A stretch of DNA of 64,000 bases from assembly GCA_013815355.1 (NCBI GenBank), contig JACDGG010000002.1, positions 23,908-87,907 of the forward strand. The letters are read 5' to 3'. The notes under the pieces were generated by a model. That model had not been told where the DNA came from and did not search any database. It saw only the letters and a list, made by a program, of their open reading frames with translations. The DNA is from Solirubrobacterales bacterium (GTDB taxonomy: Bacteria > Actinomycetota > Thermoleophilia > Solirubrobacterales > Solirubrobacteraceae). Position 1 is the first letter of the stretch. Every line of letters starts with the position of its first letter. Positions 46,226 through 55,707 of this stretch are shown here, piece by piece. A program made the position numbers and the translations under genes.

Positions 46226-46746
46226 GCACGGCACGTGTCCAGGATCAGCGGTGCGTCGAGACGCACACCCGCTCGGAGACGAGGACGGTGCTTCTTGGCG
46301 TGAGTGCCGCGTTCCTGCTCGCCAGTGCTCTGGGAGTGGTAGTCAACACCGCCTCCCCGTTTCAACACGGCTGGTGGCTTGTGGCGTACCTGAGTCTCGT
46401 TGGCGGCCTCTCCCAACTTCTGCTCGGGGCCGGCCTGTCCGTCCTCGCCGAGCGCACCCAGAGCCAAACGCCACCGGACACGCTGCTCCTGGCGCAGGTT
46501 GGGCTGTGGAGTCTCGGCACCGCAGCGGTAGCCACCGGCGACCTGGCCGGTACGAGGCTGGTCCTGCTCCTCGGCAGCGCTCTCTTGTTGATCGATTTGG
46601 TGCTGTTCACCGTGGGGCTCTCGCGCCTGAAACACGACGCCGCACGGCGTGCGCCAGCCTGGGAGCGCTGCTACGCCGCGCTACTCGTCTTCCTAGCCAT
46701 CAGCGTGCTGGTGGGCAGCTCACTCGCGGGCGCGCTGCCCGGATAG
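46222..46746 (+). CDS. Four-TM membrane protein sharing the LVGGLSQLLLGAG helix motif
   Basis: 174 aa. QHGWWLVAYLSLVGGLSQLLLGAG resembles the first His-helix of 43492..44679. Confidence 0.5.
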   Translation: MSTARVQDQRCVETHTRSETRTVLLGVSAAFLLASALGVVVNTASPFQHGWWLVAYLSLVGGLSQLLLGAGLSVLAERTQSQTPPDTLLLAQVGLWSLGTAAVATGDLAGTRLVLLLGSALLLIDLVLFTVGLSRLKHDAARRAPAWERCYAALLVFLAISVLVGSSLAGALPG

Positions 46747-46754
46747 GCGGATCG

Positions 46755-49142
46755 ATGCAACTCCCGCAAGCCGCTCACGAGGAGACTGCCGCTGAGCAAC
46801 CCGCCACCCAGCTACGACCGCAGGCGCGCAGGCACGCGGCAGCCAACGGCCTCACGACCGCCGTCCTGGGGATGCCGCGGATCGGTCGCAGGCGCGAGCT
46901 GAAGGCGGCACTCGAGTCCTATTGGAATCAACAGACACCGGCCAACGAGCTCGAGCGTGTGGCGAGTGACCTGCGCCTGGGACACCTGACGAGGGCAGCA
47001 GCCGCGGGGATAGACGTCCTACCCTCCAACGACTTCTCGCTGTATGACCACGTACTCGACACGTGCGTGCTCGTCGGAGCGATCCCGGAGCGCTTCCGGG
47101 GCCTGGAGGTGTCCTCGATGGAGCGCTACTTCGCGATGGCGCGCGGTTCGGGCGACGTGCGGCCATTGGCGATGACCAAGTGGTTTGACACCAACTACCA
47201 CTACCTCGTACCCGAGATCTCCCCGGATACGCAGTTTGAGCTGTGTGCAGAGAAGCCGCTCTCAGAGTTCCGCGAGGCGCTGGAGTGGGGGCTCTCCACC
47301 CGACCGGTGTTGCTCGGCCCCGTCTCGTTTCTGCTGCTGGCCAGGCCCGAGCGCCCGGATACCCGGCCGCTGGACGCGTTGGAGAGGCTGTTGCCGGTAT
47401 ATGAACAGTTGCTCTGCGAGTTGGGGGCTGCTGGTGTGCAGTCGGTCCAGATCGACGAGCCCTGCCTCGTCACCGACCTAACCGCTGCCGAGCTGGCGGC
47501 GATCGAGCGCTCCTGGGCACGCTTGGCTGGCGCCGCGTCCGGTATCGAGCTCACATTGGCTACCTATTTCGGCGGCCTCGGCGAGAACCTCGAGCGCATG
47601 CTGAGCCTGCCCGCTCACGAATTCCACCTCGACCTGGTCCGTGCGCCTGAGCAACTAGAGCCCGCGGTCCGGACGCTAGGGCCCACCGCGCGCCTCTCGC
47701 TCGGGGTCATCGACGCGCGGAACGTGTGGGCCAGCGACCTGACGGCCATCGTGCACCTCGTCCAGCCTGTCCTCTCACGCCTCGGTGCAGGGCGTGTGCG
47801 CCTGGCGCCCTCGGGCTCTCTGTTGCACATCCCCTATTCGCTCACGCGCGAGCAGCGGATCGATAGCGAGCTCAGCAGCTGGCTGGCGTTTGGCGAGGAG
47901 AAGCTGCGCGAGCTACAGACGCTCAGGGAGGCGCTCACCACGATGCCGACCCGATGGCGCGAGGCGCTCGAGACCAACCGCAAGATGCTCGACGCGCGCG
48001 GCGCCTCGCCGCGCGTACACGATGTCCAGGTGGGGGCTCGGCTGGCCGGTCTCCACGATGCCGACGTCGCGCGCCGCTCGCCCTACGCCGAGCGTGCGCA
48101 GGCCCACGCGCAGCGGCTGAGCCTGCCCGATCTGCCGACCACGACGATCGGCTCGTTTCCGCAAACCCAAGGGATACGGTCCGCTCGCCGCGAATGGGCT
48201 GACGGGACACTTGACCCGCAGGAGTACGATCACTTTCTCGAGGACGAGATCCGCACCGCGATCGAACGTCAGGAGCAGGTGGGGTTGGACGTGCTCGTGC
48301 ATGGCGAGCCCGAGCGCAACGATATGGTCGCCTACTTCGCCGAGCGGCTACGAGGCTTTGCCGTCACCGAAAACGGGTGGGTGCAGTCATATGGATCGCG
48401 CTGCGTGAAGCCGCCAATCCTGTTCGGTGACGTCTCGCGTGCAGAGCCGATCAGCGTTCGCTGGTGGCGCTTTGCCCAGGGACTGACCGATCGTCCTGTC
48501 AAGGCCATGCTCACCGGCCCGGTCACGATGCTGGTCTGGTCCTTCGTTCGCGACGACCAGCCACGGGAACTCACCGCCCGCCAGCTCGCCCTCGCGATCG
48601 GTGATGAGGCTCGGGATCTCGAGCGGGCCGGCGCTCAGATCATCCAGATCGACGAGGCCGCGTTGCGTGAGGGCCTGCCCCTGCGCCACACGGCGCAGGC
48701 CGCCTACCTGCGCTGGGCTGTGGACTGCTTTCGCCTCGCTTGCGCCGGCCTGGGCGATGCAACCCAGGTGCACGCCCACATGTGCTACTCCCAGTTCGAG
48801 GAGATCATCGAGCACATCCTCCGAATGGACGCCGACGTGCTCTCGATCGAGGCATCGCGCTCAGACGCGCGGCTGCTCGACGCATTCGGCGGTGACGCCT
48901 ACCCGAACCAGCTCGGCCCCGGTGTCTATGACGTCCACTCGCCGCGCGTGCCCAGCGTGCAGGAGATCGAGACGCTCCTGGCAAACGCCGAACGACACAT
49001 CCCACGGGAGCGCCTTTGGGTCAACCCCGACTGCGGCCTGAAGACCCGCACCTGGGATGAGGTTCTGCCCGCCCTCGAGCACGTCGTCGCGGCCGCCAAG
49101 CAGCGCCGACTCACCCCGCGAGCGACGACTGATAGATCGTGA
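46755..49142 (+). CDS. metE: Cobalamin-independent methionine synthase
   Basis: LGMPRIGRRRELKAALESYW N-terminus, duplicated barrel, and the Zn motifs HMCYS and NPDCGLKTR. Only ATG 46755 leaves the conserved N-terminus intact. Confidence 0.9.
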   Translation: MQLPQAAHEETAAEQPATQLRPQARRHAAANGLTTAVLGMPRIGRRRELKAALESYWNQQTPANELERVASDLRLGHLTRAAAAGIDVLPSNDFSLYDHVLDTCVLVGAIPERFRGLEVSSMERYFAMARGSGDVRPLAMTKWFDTNYHYLVPEISPDTQFELCAEKPLSEFREALEWGLSTRPVLLGPVSFLLLARPERPDTRPLDALERLLPVYEQLLCELGAAGVQSVQIDEPCLVTDLTAAELAAIERSWARLAGAASGIELTLATYFGGLGENLERMLSLPAHEFHLDLVRAPEQLEPAVRTLGPTARLSLGVIDARNVWASDLTAIVHLVQPVLSRLGAGRVRLAPSGSLLHIPYSLTREQRIDSELSSWLAFGEEKLRELQTLREALTTMPTRWREALETNRKMLDARGASPRVHDVQVGARLAGLHDADVARRSPYAERAQAHAQRLSLPDLPTTTIGSFPQTQGIRSARREWADGTLDPQEYDHFLEDEIRTAIERQEQVGLDVLVHGEPERNDMVAYFAERLRGFAVTENGWVQSYGSRCVKPPILFGDVSRAEPISVRWWRFAQGLTDRPVKAMLTGPVTMLVWSFVRDDQPRELTARQLALAIGDEARDLERAGAQIIQIDEAALREGLPLRHTAQAAYLRWAVDCFRLACAGLGDATQVHAHMCYSQFEEIIEHILRMDADVLSIEASRSDARLLDAFGGDAYPNQLGPGVYDVHSPRVPSVQEIETLLANAERHIPRERLWVNPDCGLKTRTWDEVLPALEHVVAAAKQRRLTPRATTDRS

Positions 49143-50029
49143 ACGCTGCCACGAGATCGTCGTGGCGCAGTCGTGAGCTGGGACCGCTCGCGGCCAGGAT
49201 CACAATCACCGTCACGATGCTCCTGGTTGGGAGGTTGGCCGGCGCCGGGCCGGCTTGGGCCGGCGTGATCACCCCCGAATCGGGTGGGTCCTCGAATGCC
49301 GACAGCATCGAGGGGCTCTACAAGATCGTGTTGATCATCGCGACGGTGATTTTCTGTGCCGTCGCGGGGGCGCTCGTGTTCTTCCTCGTGCGCTACCGAG
49401 CGCGTCCTGGTCACGTTGCCTCACAGATTCGTGGAAACACCCGGCTCGAGCTCGCCTGGACTGGCGCCGCGGCGCTGATCCTCGTCGTCCTGGCGGCGTT
49501 GACGTTCTCCAGCTTGCACGGGATCGTCACCCCTGCCGCATCGGGTGACGATGCGGGCGCGATATTCGCGACGGTGGATCAGCCGCCCGCACCGGGCGAC
49601 CATGCGCTTCACATCAAGGTCACCGGCCGTCAGTTCGTGTGGCGTTTTGACTATCCAAACGGCGCCTACTCCTATGAGGAACTGCAGGTTCCGATCGACA
49701 CGACTGTCATCGTCGATATCTATTCCCTCGATGTCAACCATTCTTGGTGGGTGCCGAAGCTCGGCGGCAAGTTCGACGCGATCCCCGGCTATGTCAACCA
49801 CACGTGGTTCAAGATAACCAAGCCGGGTGTGTTCACGGGGCAGTGCGCTGAGCTGTGCGGCCAACATCACGCCCAGATGATCGCCACGGTCCGTGCGGTA
49901 CCCGCTGCGGCCTGGGAAAACTGGGTAGCTACGCAAAAGCAGCTGATCGCACAAGCCGGAACGGCCGATGCGCTTGCGCACGCGAAACTGAACTCCCAGG
50001 TTGGCGCCGGCCAGGTCGAGAACCCCTAA
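49139..50029 (+). CDS. ctaC: Cytochrome c oxidase subunit II
   Basis: CuA motif HSWWVPKLGGKFDAIPG...CAELCGQHHAQM. The GTG overlaps the metE TGA. ATG 49217 is an alternative start. Confidence 0.85.
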   Translation: MNAATRSSWRSRELGPLAARITITVTMLLVGRLAGAGPAWAGVITPESGGSSNADSIEGLYKIVLIIATVIFCAVAGALVFFLVRYRARPGHVASQIRGNTRLELAWTGAAALILVVLAALTFSSLHGIVTPAASGDDAGAIFATVDQPPAPGDHALHIKVTGRQFVWRFDYPNGAYSYEELQVPIDTTVIVDIYSLDVNHSWWVPKLGGKFDAIPGYVNHTWFKITKPGVFTGQCAELCGQHHAQMIATVRAVPAAAWENWVATQKQLIAQAGTADALAHAKLNSQVGAGQVENP

Positions 50030-50052
50030 GAGATCCAGGAGATCAGCTCGAC

Positions 50053-51798
50053 ATGGCCACCACCACCTCCCTCGCTCCGGTCCCGCAGATAGCTACCCAT
50101 CGCGCCGAGCCTGACCGGGGCGACTGGACGAGCTGGGTCACGACCACCGACCATAAGCGCATCGGCATCCTCTACCTCGTCACCTGCTTTGTGTTTTTCA
50201 TGGTCGGTGGCGTCGAGGCGCTGTTGATGCGCAGCCAGCTTGCCGTGCCGAACAACACGCTGATCAACGCCGAGCATTACAACCAGCTGGTCACGATGCA
50301 CGGCACGACGATGATCTTCCTGTTCGTGATCCCCGTCTGGGCTGGCTTTGCGAACTACATGGTGCCGCTGATGATCGGGGCACGCGACATGGCTTTCCCT
50401 CGGCTGAACGCACTCTCTTACTGGCTGTTCGTCGCCGGCGGCGTGGTGTTCTACAGCTCTGTGTTCTGGAACCCGCCTGACGCGGGCTGGTTCTCCTACA
50501 CACCGTTGTCGAACGGCACGTATTCTCCGACAGCGGGCCAGGACACCTGGATCTATCTAATTCATCTCACCGGGCTGGCGTCCGCGATCGGCGCGATCAA
50601 CATCGTCGTCACGATCGCCACGATGCGCGCTCCCGGGATGGGCTGGGGTCGGCTGCCGCTGTTCTGCTGGGGGGTGCTGACCCAGGCGATCATGCTGATC
50701 GTTGCGATCCCTGTGATCGCGGGTGCGGTCACGATGCTGCTCACCGACCGCCACTTTCACACCTGTTACTTCGACCCGCGCTGCGGCGGCTCGCCGTTGC
50801 TCTGGCAGCACCTGTTCTGGTTCTTCGGTCACCCCGAGGTGTACATCATGATCTTGCCCGGGTTCGGTGTGATCTCGGAGGTGCTGCCCGTCTTTGCCCG
50901 CAAGCCGATCTTTGGTTATAGGGCGATCGCCGCGTCCACGGTGGGCATCGCGTTCCTGTCGGTGCTGGTGTGGGCACACCACATGTTCACCGCGCCGATC
51001 CCGCTCGTGGTGCTGGCGTTCTTCATGATCTCCTCGATGGCGATCGCGGTGCCGACCGGAGTGAAGGTGATCAACTGGGTGGCGACGCTGTGGCGAGGGT
51101 CGATCGTGTTCCGCACGCCGCTGTATTTCGCCTGTGGGTTTCTCGTGCTGTTCACGCTCGGCGGGCTGAGCGGGGTGATGCTCGCGATCTTCCCGATCGA
51201 CTGGCAGGTGCACGGCAGCTACTTCGTCGTCGCACACTTCCATTTCGTGCTCGTCGCCGGCGCGGTATCGGCCGTCATGGCTGCCATCTACTTCTGGTTC
51301 CCGAAGATGACGGGACGGATGCTCTCAGAGTCCCTTGGCAAGCTTTCCTTCTGGTTTCAGTTCGTCGGGTTCCTCGTTACCTTCGGTGTACAACACTCCC
51401 TCGGCCTGTCAGGCATGCCACGGCGCGTCTACACCTACAACGCCGACACAGGTTGGGGCACCGACAACCTGATCTCCACGATCGGCGCGTTCATCCTCGC
51501 GACGGGTGTCCTGTTGACCGTTTTCAACGTCGTTCGTAGCCTCAAATACGGTGTGGTCGCTGGCCCTGACCCGTGGAAGGCCAATACGCTGGAGTGGTTC
51601 TCCACCTCGCCACCGCCGGCGCATAACTTTGACGTGATCCCGAAGGTCACATCGGTCGAACCAATGAAGGACCTGCGCGCCCAGATAGCACAGGACTCTC
51701 GCAACGCTCGCGCCACGCCGACGGCGCGCATGAGACTGCCAGTGGGCGCTGCCGGCGCTGTCCAGTCAGCTACGTCGGGCGGAGGTGAGCATGTCTAG
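50053..51798 (+). CDS. ctaD: Cytochrome c oxidase subunit I
   Basis: TTDHKRIGILYL, WFFGHPEVYIMILP and VAHFHFVLV motifs. CAGGAG precedes ATG 50053. Confidence 0.92.
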   Translation: MATTTSLAPVPQIATHRAEPDRGDWTSWVTTTDHKRIGILYLVTCFVFFMVGGVEALLMRSQLAVPNNTLINAEHYNQLVTMHGTTMIFLFVIPVWAGFANYMVPLMIGARDMAFPRLNALSYWLFVAGGVVFYSSVFWNPPDAGWFSYTPLSNGTYSPTAGQDTWIYLIHLTGLASAIGAINIVVTIATMRAPGMGWGRLPLFCWGVLTQAIMLIVAIPVIAGAVTMLLTDRHFHTCYFDPRCGGSPLLWQHLFWFFGHPEVYIMILPGFGVISEVLPVFARKPIFGYRAIAASTVGIAFLSVLVWAHHMFTAPIPLVVLAFFMISSMAIAVPTGVKVINWVATLWRGSIVFRTPLYFACGFLVLFTLGGLSGVMLAIFPIDWQVHGSYFVVAHFHFVLVAGAVSAVMAAIYFWFPKMTGRMLSESLGKLSFWFQFVGFLVTFGVQHSLGLSGMPRRVYTYNADTGWGTDNLISTIGAFILATGVLLTVFNVVRSLKYGVVAGPDPWKANTLEWFSTSPPPAHNFDVIPKVTSVEPMKDLRAQIAQDSRNARATPTARMRLPVGAAGAVQSATSGGGEHV

Positions 51799-52669
51799 CG
51801 CTGCGCCAGGTTGGGGAGAATGGAGCATCGACCCAGGGCCAATCATCGCGATCGTGCTCACCGGGGCCGCATACATCGCCTGCTATCGCCGCGCCCACCG
51901 GCGCACAGGCCGACGCTACGCTGCGCATCTACTCGCATTCACGAGCGGGCTGGGCCTGATCGCCGTCGCGCTGCTCTCGCCGCTTGACTCGATCGGAGAC
52001 CGCTGGCTGCTCAGCGCGCACACCCTCCAGCACGTCCTACTCGCCGACGTCGCCCCAGCGCTGCTTGTGCTCGGCGTGCGCCCGCCGCTGCTCGCGCACG
52101 GGCTTCCACCCGAGCTCCTGCGCGCGCTCTCGCCGCGAGCGCGGATCGGCCGGGTGCTTCGCAGCCAATGGTTCGCTCCGGTCGCGCTCGGATTTTGGGT
52201 CGCGACGCAATGGGCTTGGAGCATCCCGGTCGTCTTTGACACCGCTGCCGCGCATCCGTTGCTGCACACGATCGAGCATCTCTGCCTGCTCGGCAGCGGA
52301 GTTCTCCTGTGGACGGTCGTCGTCGACCCGCTGCCCGGCCAAGGCCGCCGCGCCGTGTGGGGACGGCTGGGCTACCTCGGCGCTTCGCGCGCGGCCGCCG
52401 CCGTCGTCTGCCTGCCGCTGACGTGGCTGGATCACACGCTCTATTCACGCTACGCCGACGCACCCCGCGCCTACGGCATATCAGCACTGACCGACCAGCA
52501 CATCGGCGGCGCGGGCATGTGCCTGATCGAGTTTCTAGTCTTCGGTGTAGCGTTCATCATCGTCTTCTTGGACCTTCTCGGTCGCGAGGAGCAGGGAACA
52601 CGGGTAACCGAACGCGCCTCTCAGCCCGACCTTCCCAAGCCCGCCCGGAACCCCCTCAACGTGTCCTGA
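51791..52669 (+). CDS. Cytochrome c oxidase assembly factor (caa3-type CtaG family membrane protein)
   Basis: Polytopic, with SAHTLQHVLLADVAPALLVLG and HTIEHLCLL motifs. GGAGG precedes the ATG. Confidence 0.75.
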   Translation: MSSAAPGWGEWSIDPGPIIAIVLTGAAYIACYRRAHRRTGRRYAAHLLAFTSGLGLIAVALLSPLDSIGDRWLLSAHTLQHVLLADVAPALLVLGVRPPLLAHGLPPELLRALSPRARIGRVLRSQWFAPVALGFWVATQWAWSIPVVFDTAAAHPLLHTIEHLCLLGSGVLLWTVVVDPLPGQGRRAVWGRLGYLGASRAAAAVVCLPLTWLDHTLYSRYADAPRAYGISALTDQHIGGAGMCLIEFLVFGVAFIIVFLDLLGREEQGTRVTERASQPDLPKPARNPLNVS

Positions 52670-53004
52670 TGTCCACCAGCGCGTCAAGTACCGGCACGGA
52701 TGACGACCTCGCCTCGCGGGCGAGTCGCAAGGCCCCGCAGTACGACCGCCGGCACCCGGGCGGCGACCATCAAATCATCGGCCTGATCAGCCTGTTCACC
52801 GGCGCGATCCTCGTCGTCGTCGGGGCGGTATGGGCACTCACCGCCGTCGGTGGCTGGTGGATGCTCGGGCTCGCCGTCGCTGTCCATCTGCTCGCGAGCA
52901 CGATCGTGCTGGCCGAGGTCGCGGCTGTCCTGACCGACCAGTCACTAACGATGGCTGTGATCGACCGCATCGCCTCGTATCGACGCGCACACCGGAAACA
53001 CTGA
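52669..53004 (+). CDS. Small two-TM membrane protein (hypothetical)
   Basis: TGATG overlap with the previous gene. Two clear hydrophobic helices. Confidence 0.45.
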   Translation: MSTSASSTGTDDDLASRASRKAPQYDRRHPGGDHQIIGLISLFTGAILVVVGAVWALTAVGGWWMLGLAVAVHLLASTIVLAEVAAVLTDQSLTMAVIDRIASYRRAHRKH

Positions 53005-53010
53005 CTCGCC

Positions 53011-54363
53011 ATGTTGGCGGCTTTCGCGCTTGTCCCCGTCCAGCAGTCCTACCTGTTGCAGGCGCGCCAGATGCAGGCGCTCTCGTTCTCGGTGCACATC
53101 CCACTGGTCTGCTTCGGGATCGCGCTGCCCGCGATCATCCTGTACGCCGAGTGGCGCTTCTTGCGCACCGGCGATCCGCTGTACCGGGTCCTCGCCCAGC
53201 GCTGGACACGGATCATGGCCGCACTGTTCGCCGTGGGCGTGATCACCGGCACGATCCTCAGCTTCGAGATGGGTCTGCTGTGGCCAAACTTCACGGCCAC
53301 CTTTGGTTCCGTCTTCGGCCTTGGCTTCGCCGTCGAGGGCTTCTCGTTCTTCATCGAGGCGATCTTTATCGGCATCTACGTCTACGGCTGGGACCGCCTC
53401 TCCCCGCGCGCGCACTTCGCCAGTGGCATCCCGATGGCGCTCTCCGGGATAACCGGCTCGCTGATGGTGATCGCCGTGAACGGCTGGATGAACCACCCGA
53501 CCGGCTTTCGCCTCGTCGGCGGCAAGGCGGTCGACGTGCACCCGTTCAAGGCGCTGTTCGAGAACAGCTACTTCTGGCACGAGCTCGTGCACATGTACCT
53601 CGCCGGCTACATCGTCACCGGCTTCCTGCTCGCAGGCGCGTATGCGATCGGGCGTATGCGCGGTAAATGGGGGCGTTACGAGCGCACTGCGCTCGCGATC
53701 CCGCTGACGATCGCGGCGCTCGTCGCTCCAGTGCAGATCCTCGTCGGCGACTGGGCTGCGCGCGAAGTCGCGAAAACCCAGCCGCTGAAGCTCGCCGCGA
53801 TCGAGGGCCTCGCGCACACGACCAAGGGCGCGCCCGAGCACCTGCTCGGCTGGTACTCAGGCGGCCAGGTCAAGTACGGGATCGCGATCCCAAAAATGCT
53901 GTCCCTGCTCGCCTTCCACAACCCCAACGCGACCGTCACCGGCCTGGACTCCGTGCCACCCGACGAACGCCCCCCGGACGTAAACGTCGTGCGCGTCGCG
54001 TTCCAAACGATGGTCGGGATCGGCACGCTCCTGGCTTTGCTCGCCGTCGGCTACCTCGCGACCCTCTACCGGCGCAAACGGCTACCCGAATCGGCCTGGT
54101 TCTACCGCGTGCTGGCGCTCGCCGGGCCGCTGTCCGTCGTCGCGCTGATCGCCGGCTGGGTCACGACCGAGGTCGGCCGACAACCGTGGGTCGTCTACGG
54201 CGTGATGCACACCTCCGAAGCCGTCACCGGAGCCGGCGGCATCCCGATCGGCTACGGCGCGCTGGCCTTGATCTACGTCGGCGTCGGCCTGGCCGTCGTG
54301 TGGATACTGCGGCGACTGGCGCGCGCCCCGCTTGACCTGCCCGAGGGGCCGGCGGAGAGCTGA
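53011..54363 (+). CDS. cydA: Cytochrome bd ubiquinol oxidase subunit I
   Basis: Fits my recollection of the family: SFSVHIPLV, the Q-loop region and GWVTTEVGRQPWVV. 450 aa. Confidence 0.9.
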   Translation: MLAAFALVPVQQSYLLQARQMQALSFSVHIPLVCFGIALPAIILYAEWRFLRTGDPLYRVLAQRWTRIMAALFAVGVITGTILSFEMGLLWPNFTATFGSVFGLGFAVEGFSFFIEAIFIGIYVYGWDRLSPRAHFASGIPMALSGITGSLMVIAVNGWMNHPTGFRLVGGKAVDVHPFKALFENSYFWHELVHMYLAGYIVTGFLLAGAYAIGRMRGKWGRYERTALAIPLTIAALVAPVQILVGDWAAREVAKTQPLKLAAIEGLAHTTKGAPEHLLGWYSGGQVKYGIAIPKMLSLLAFHNPNATVTGLDSVPPDERPPDVNVVRVAFQTMVGIGTLLALLAVGYLATLYRRKRLPESAWFYRVLALAGPLSVVALIAGWVTTEVGRQPWVVYGVMHTSEAVTGAGGIPIGYGALALIYVGVGLAVVWILRRLARAPLDLPEGPAES

Positions 54364-54368
54364 GCGCG

Positions 54369-55670
54369 ATGCACTTCAACGAAATCCCACTGCTGTTCGT
54401 CCTCATCGGCCTCGTGCTGTACACGGTCCTGGCGGGCGCCGACTTCGGCGCCGGGTTCTGGCAGCTGACGGCGGGCTCCGGCGAGCGGGGCGAGCGCATC
54501 CGCGACCACGCCCACCACTCGATGGCGACGGTCTGGGAGGCCAACCATGTGTGGCTGATCTTCGTCCTCACCGTCTTCTGGACGGCCTACCCGACAGCGT
54601 TCGGGTCGATCGCCTCGACCCTGTGCGTCGCGCTGTTCATCGCCGCCGTCGGGATCATCTTCCGCGGCGCGGCCTACGCGCTGCGCGCGGGTACCGAGAC
54701 CGCGCGCGAGGCGCGCACGGTCGATCTGGTCGCGGCGCTGTCCTCGATCCTCACCCCGTTCGCGCTCGGTGCGGCCGTCGGCGGGATCGCCTCGCGGCGC
54801 GTGCCCGTCGGCAACGCGGCCGGCAACCTGATCACGAGCTGGTTGAACCCCACCTCGATCCTGATCGGCGTGCTCGCGGTCGCGACCTCCGCCTACCTGG
54901 CGGCCGTATACCTGGCGGCTGACGCCGCGCGATTGGGGGATCGCGACCTGGAGCAGCGCTTCCGCATGCGCGCGCTCGGCGCGGGGCTCGCAGGCGGGGC
55001 GATCGCGATGGGCGGCCTCGTGGTGCTGCACGCCGATGCGCACCCGCTGTATGACCGGCTGCTCGCCGGCACCGGCCTCCCCGCGCTGATCATCTCTGTG
55101 CTTGCCGGCCTGACCACGCTCGGTCTGGTCTGGGTCAGGCGATTCGAGCCGGCGCGCTACACCGCCGCGCTGGCCGTCGCCGCGATCATCGCCGGATGGG
55201 CGCTGGCGCAGCGCCCGTCACTGCTGCCCGGCCTGACGATCGCCCAGGCGGTGGCGCCCCACGAAACCCTGGTCGCCGTGATCATCGCGGTGCTCGCGGG
55301 CGCCGCGATCCTGTTCCCCTCGCTCGGCCTGCTGTTCAAACTGACGCTCTCCGGTCGACTCGAACACGGAGAGGACAAAGGAGACAACCAGGACAAACAG
55401 CGGCCCGCCCACCAGGGTCAGATCCCGATCCAGATCACCCCGGCGCGGGCGGCGCTGTCGCCAACGGCCAGGCCAGGATTGTCGATCCGGCTCGCCGCCG
55501 CCTGCTTGATCATGGGTGTCGGCTTCCTGACATTCGCCGAAGCCGGCTGGGCGCACCTGATCGGCGTCGTAGCGCTGCTCGGTTTTATCGCCATCGGATT
55601 TGTGGCCGTCGCACCGGGAGAGGTGGCGGAACAAGGCACCGCCGATGTGCAGGACGGACGTCTAGGCTAA
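54369..55670 (+). CDS. cydB: Cytochrome bd ubiquinol oxidase subunit II with a C-terminal extension of about 105 aa
   Basis: LAGADFGAGFWQL and WEANHVWLIF. The core ends near residue 328, followed by a charged linker and two further hydrophobic helices. Confidence 0.85.
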   Translation: MHFNEIPLLFVLIGLVLYTVLAGADFGAGFWQLTAGSGERGERIRDHAHHSMATVWEANHVWLIFVLTVFWTAYPTAFGSIASTLCVALFIAAVGIIFRGAAYALRAGTETAREARTVDLVAALSSILTPFALGAAVGGIASRRVPVGNAAGNLITSWLNPTSILIGVLAVATSAYLAAVYLAADAARLGDRDLEQRFRMRALGAGLAGGAIAMGGLVVLHADAHPLYDRLLAGTGLPALIISVLAGLTTLGLVWVRRFEPARYTAALAVAAIIAGWALAQRPSLLPGLTIAQAVAPHETLVAVIIAVLAGAAILFPSLGLLFKLTLSGRLEHGEDKGDNQDKQRPAHQGQIPIQITPARAALSPTARPGLSIRLAAACLIMGVGFLTFAEAGWAHLIGVVALLGFIAIGFVAVAPGEVAEQGTADVQDGRLG

Positions 55671-55707
55671 AGCTCCGTGCGTTTACTGCAGCCGCTTAGC
55701 GCGCGCG

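Noticed and set aside
45826-46754. A cobalamin or SAM riboswitch upstream of metE.
   Set aside because: I found no B12-box-like or other recognisable riboswitch core by eye, and the interval is filled by two overlapped membrane-protein ORFs. A covariance-model scan would be needed to exclude it fully.
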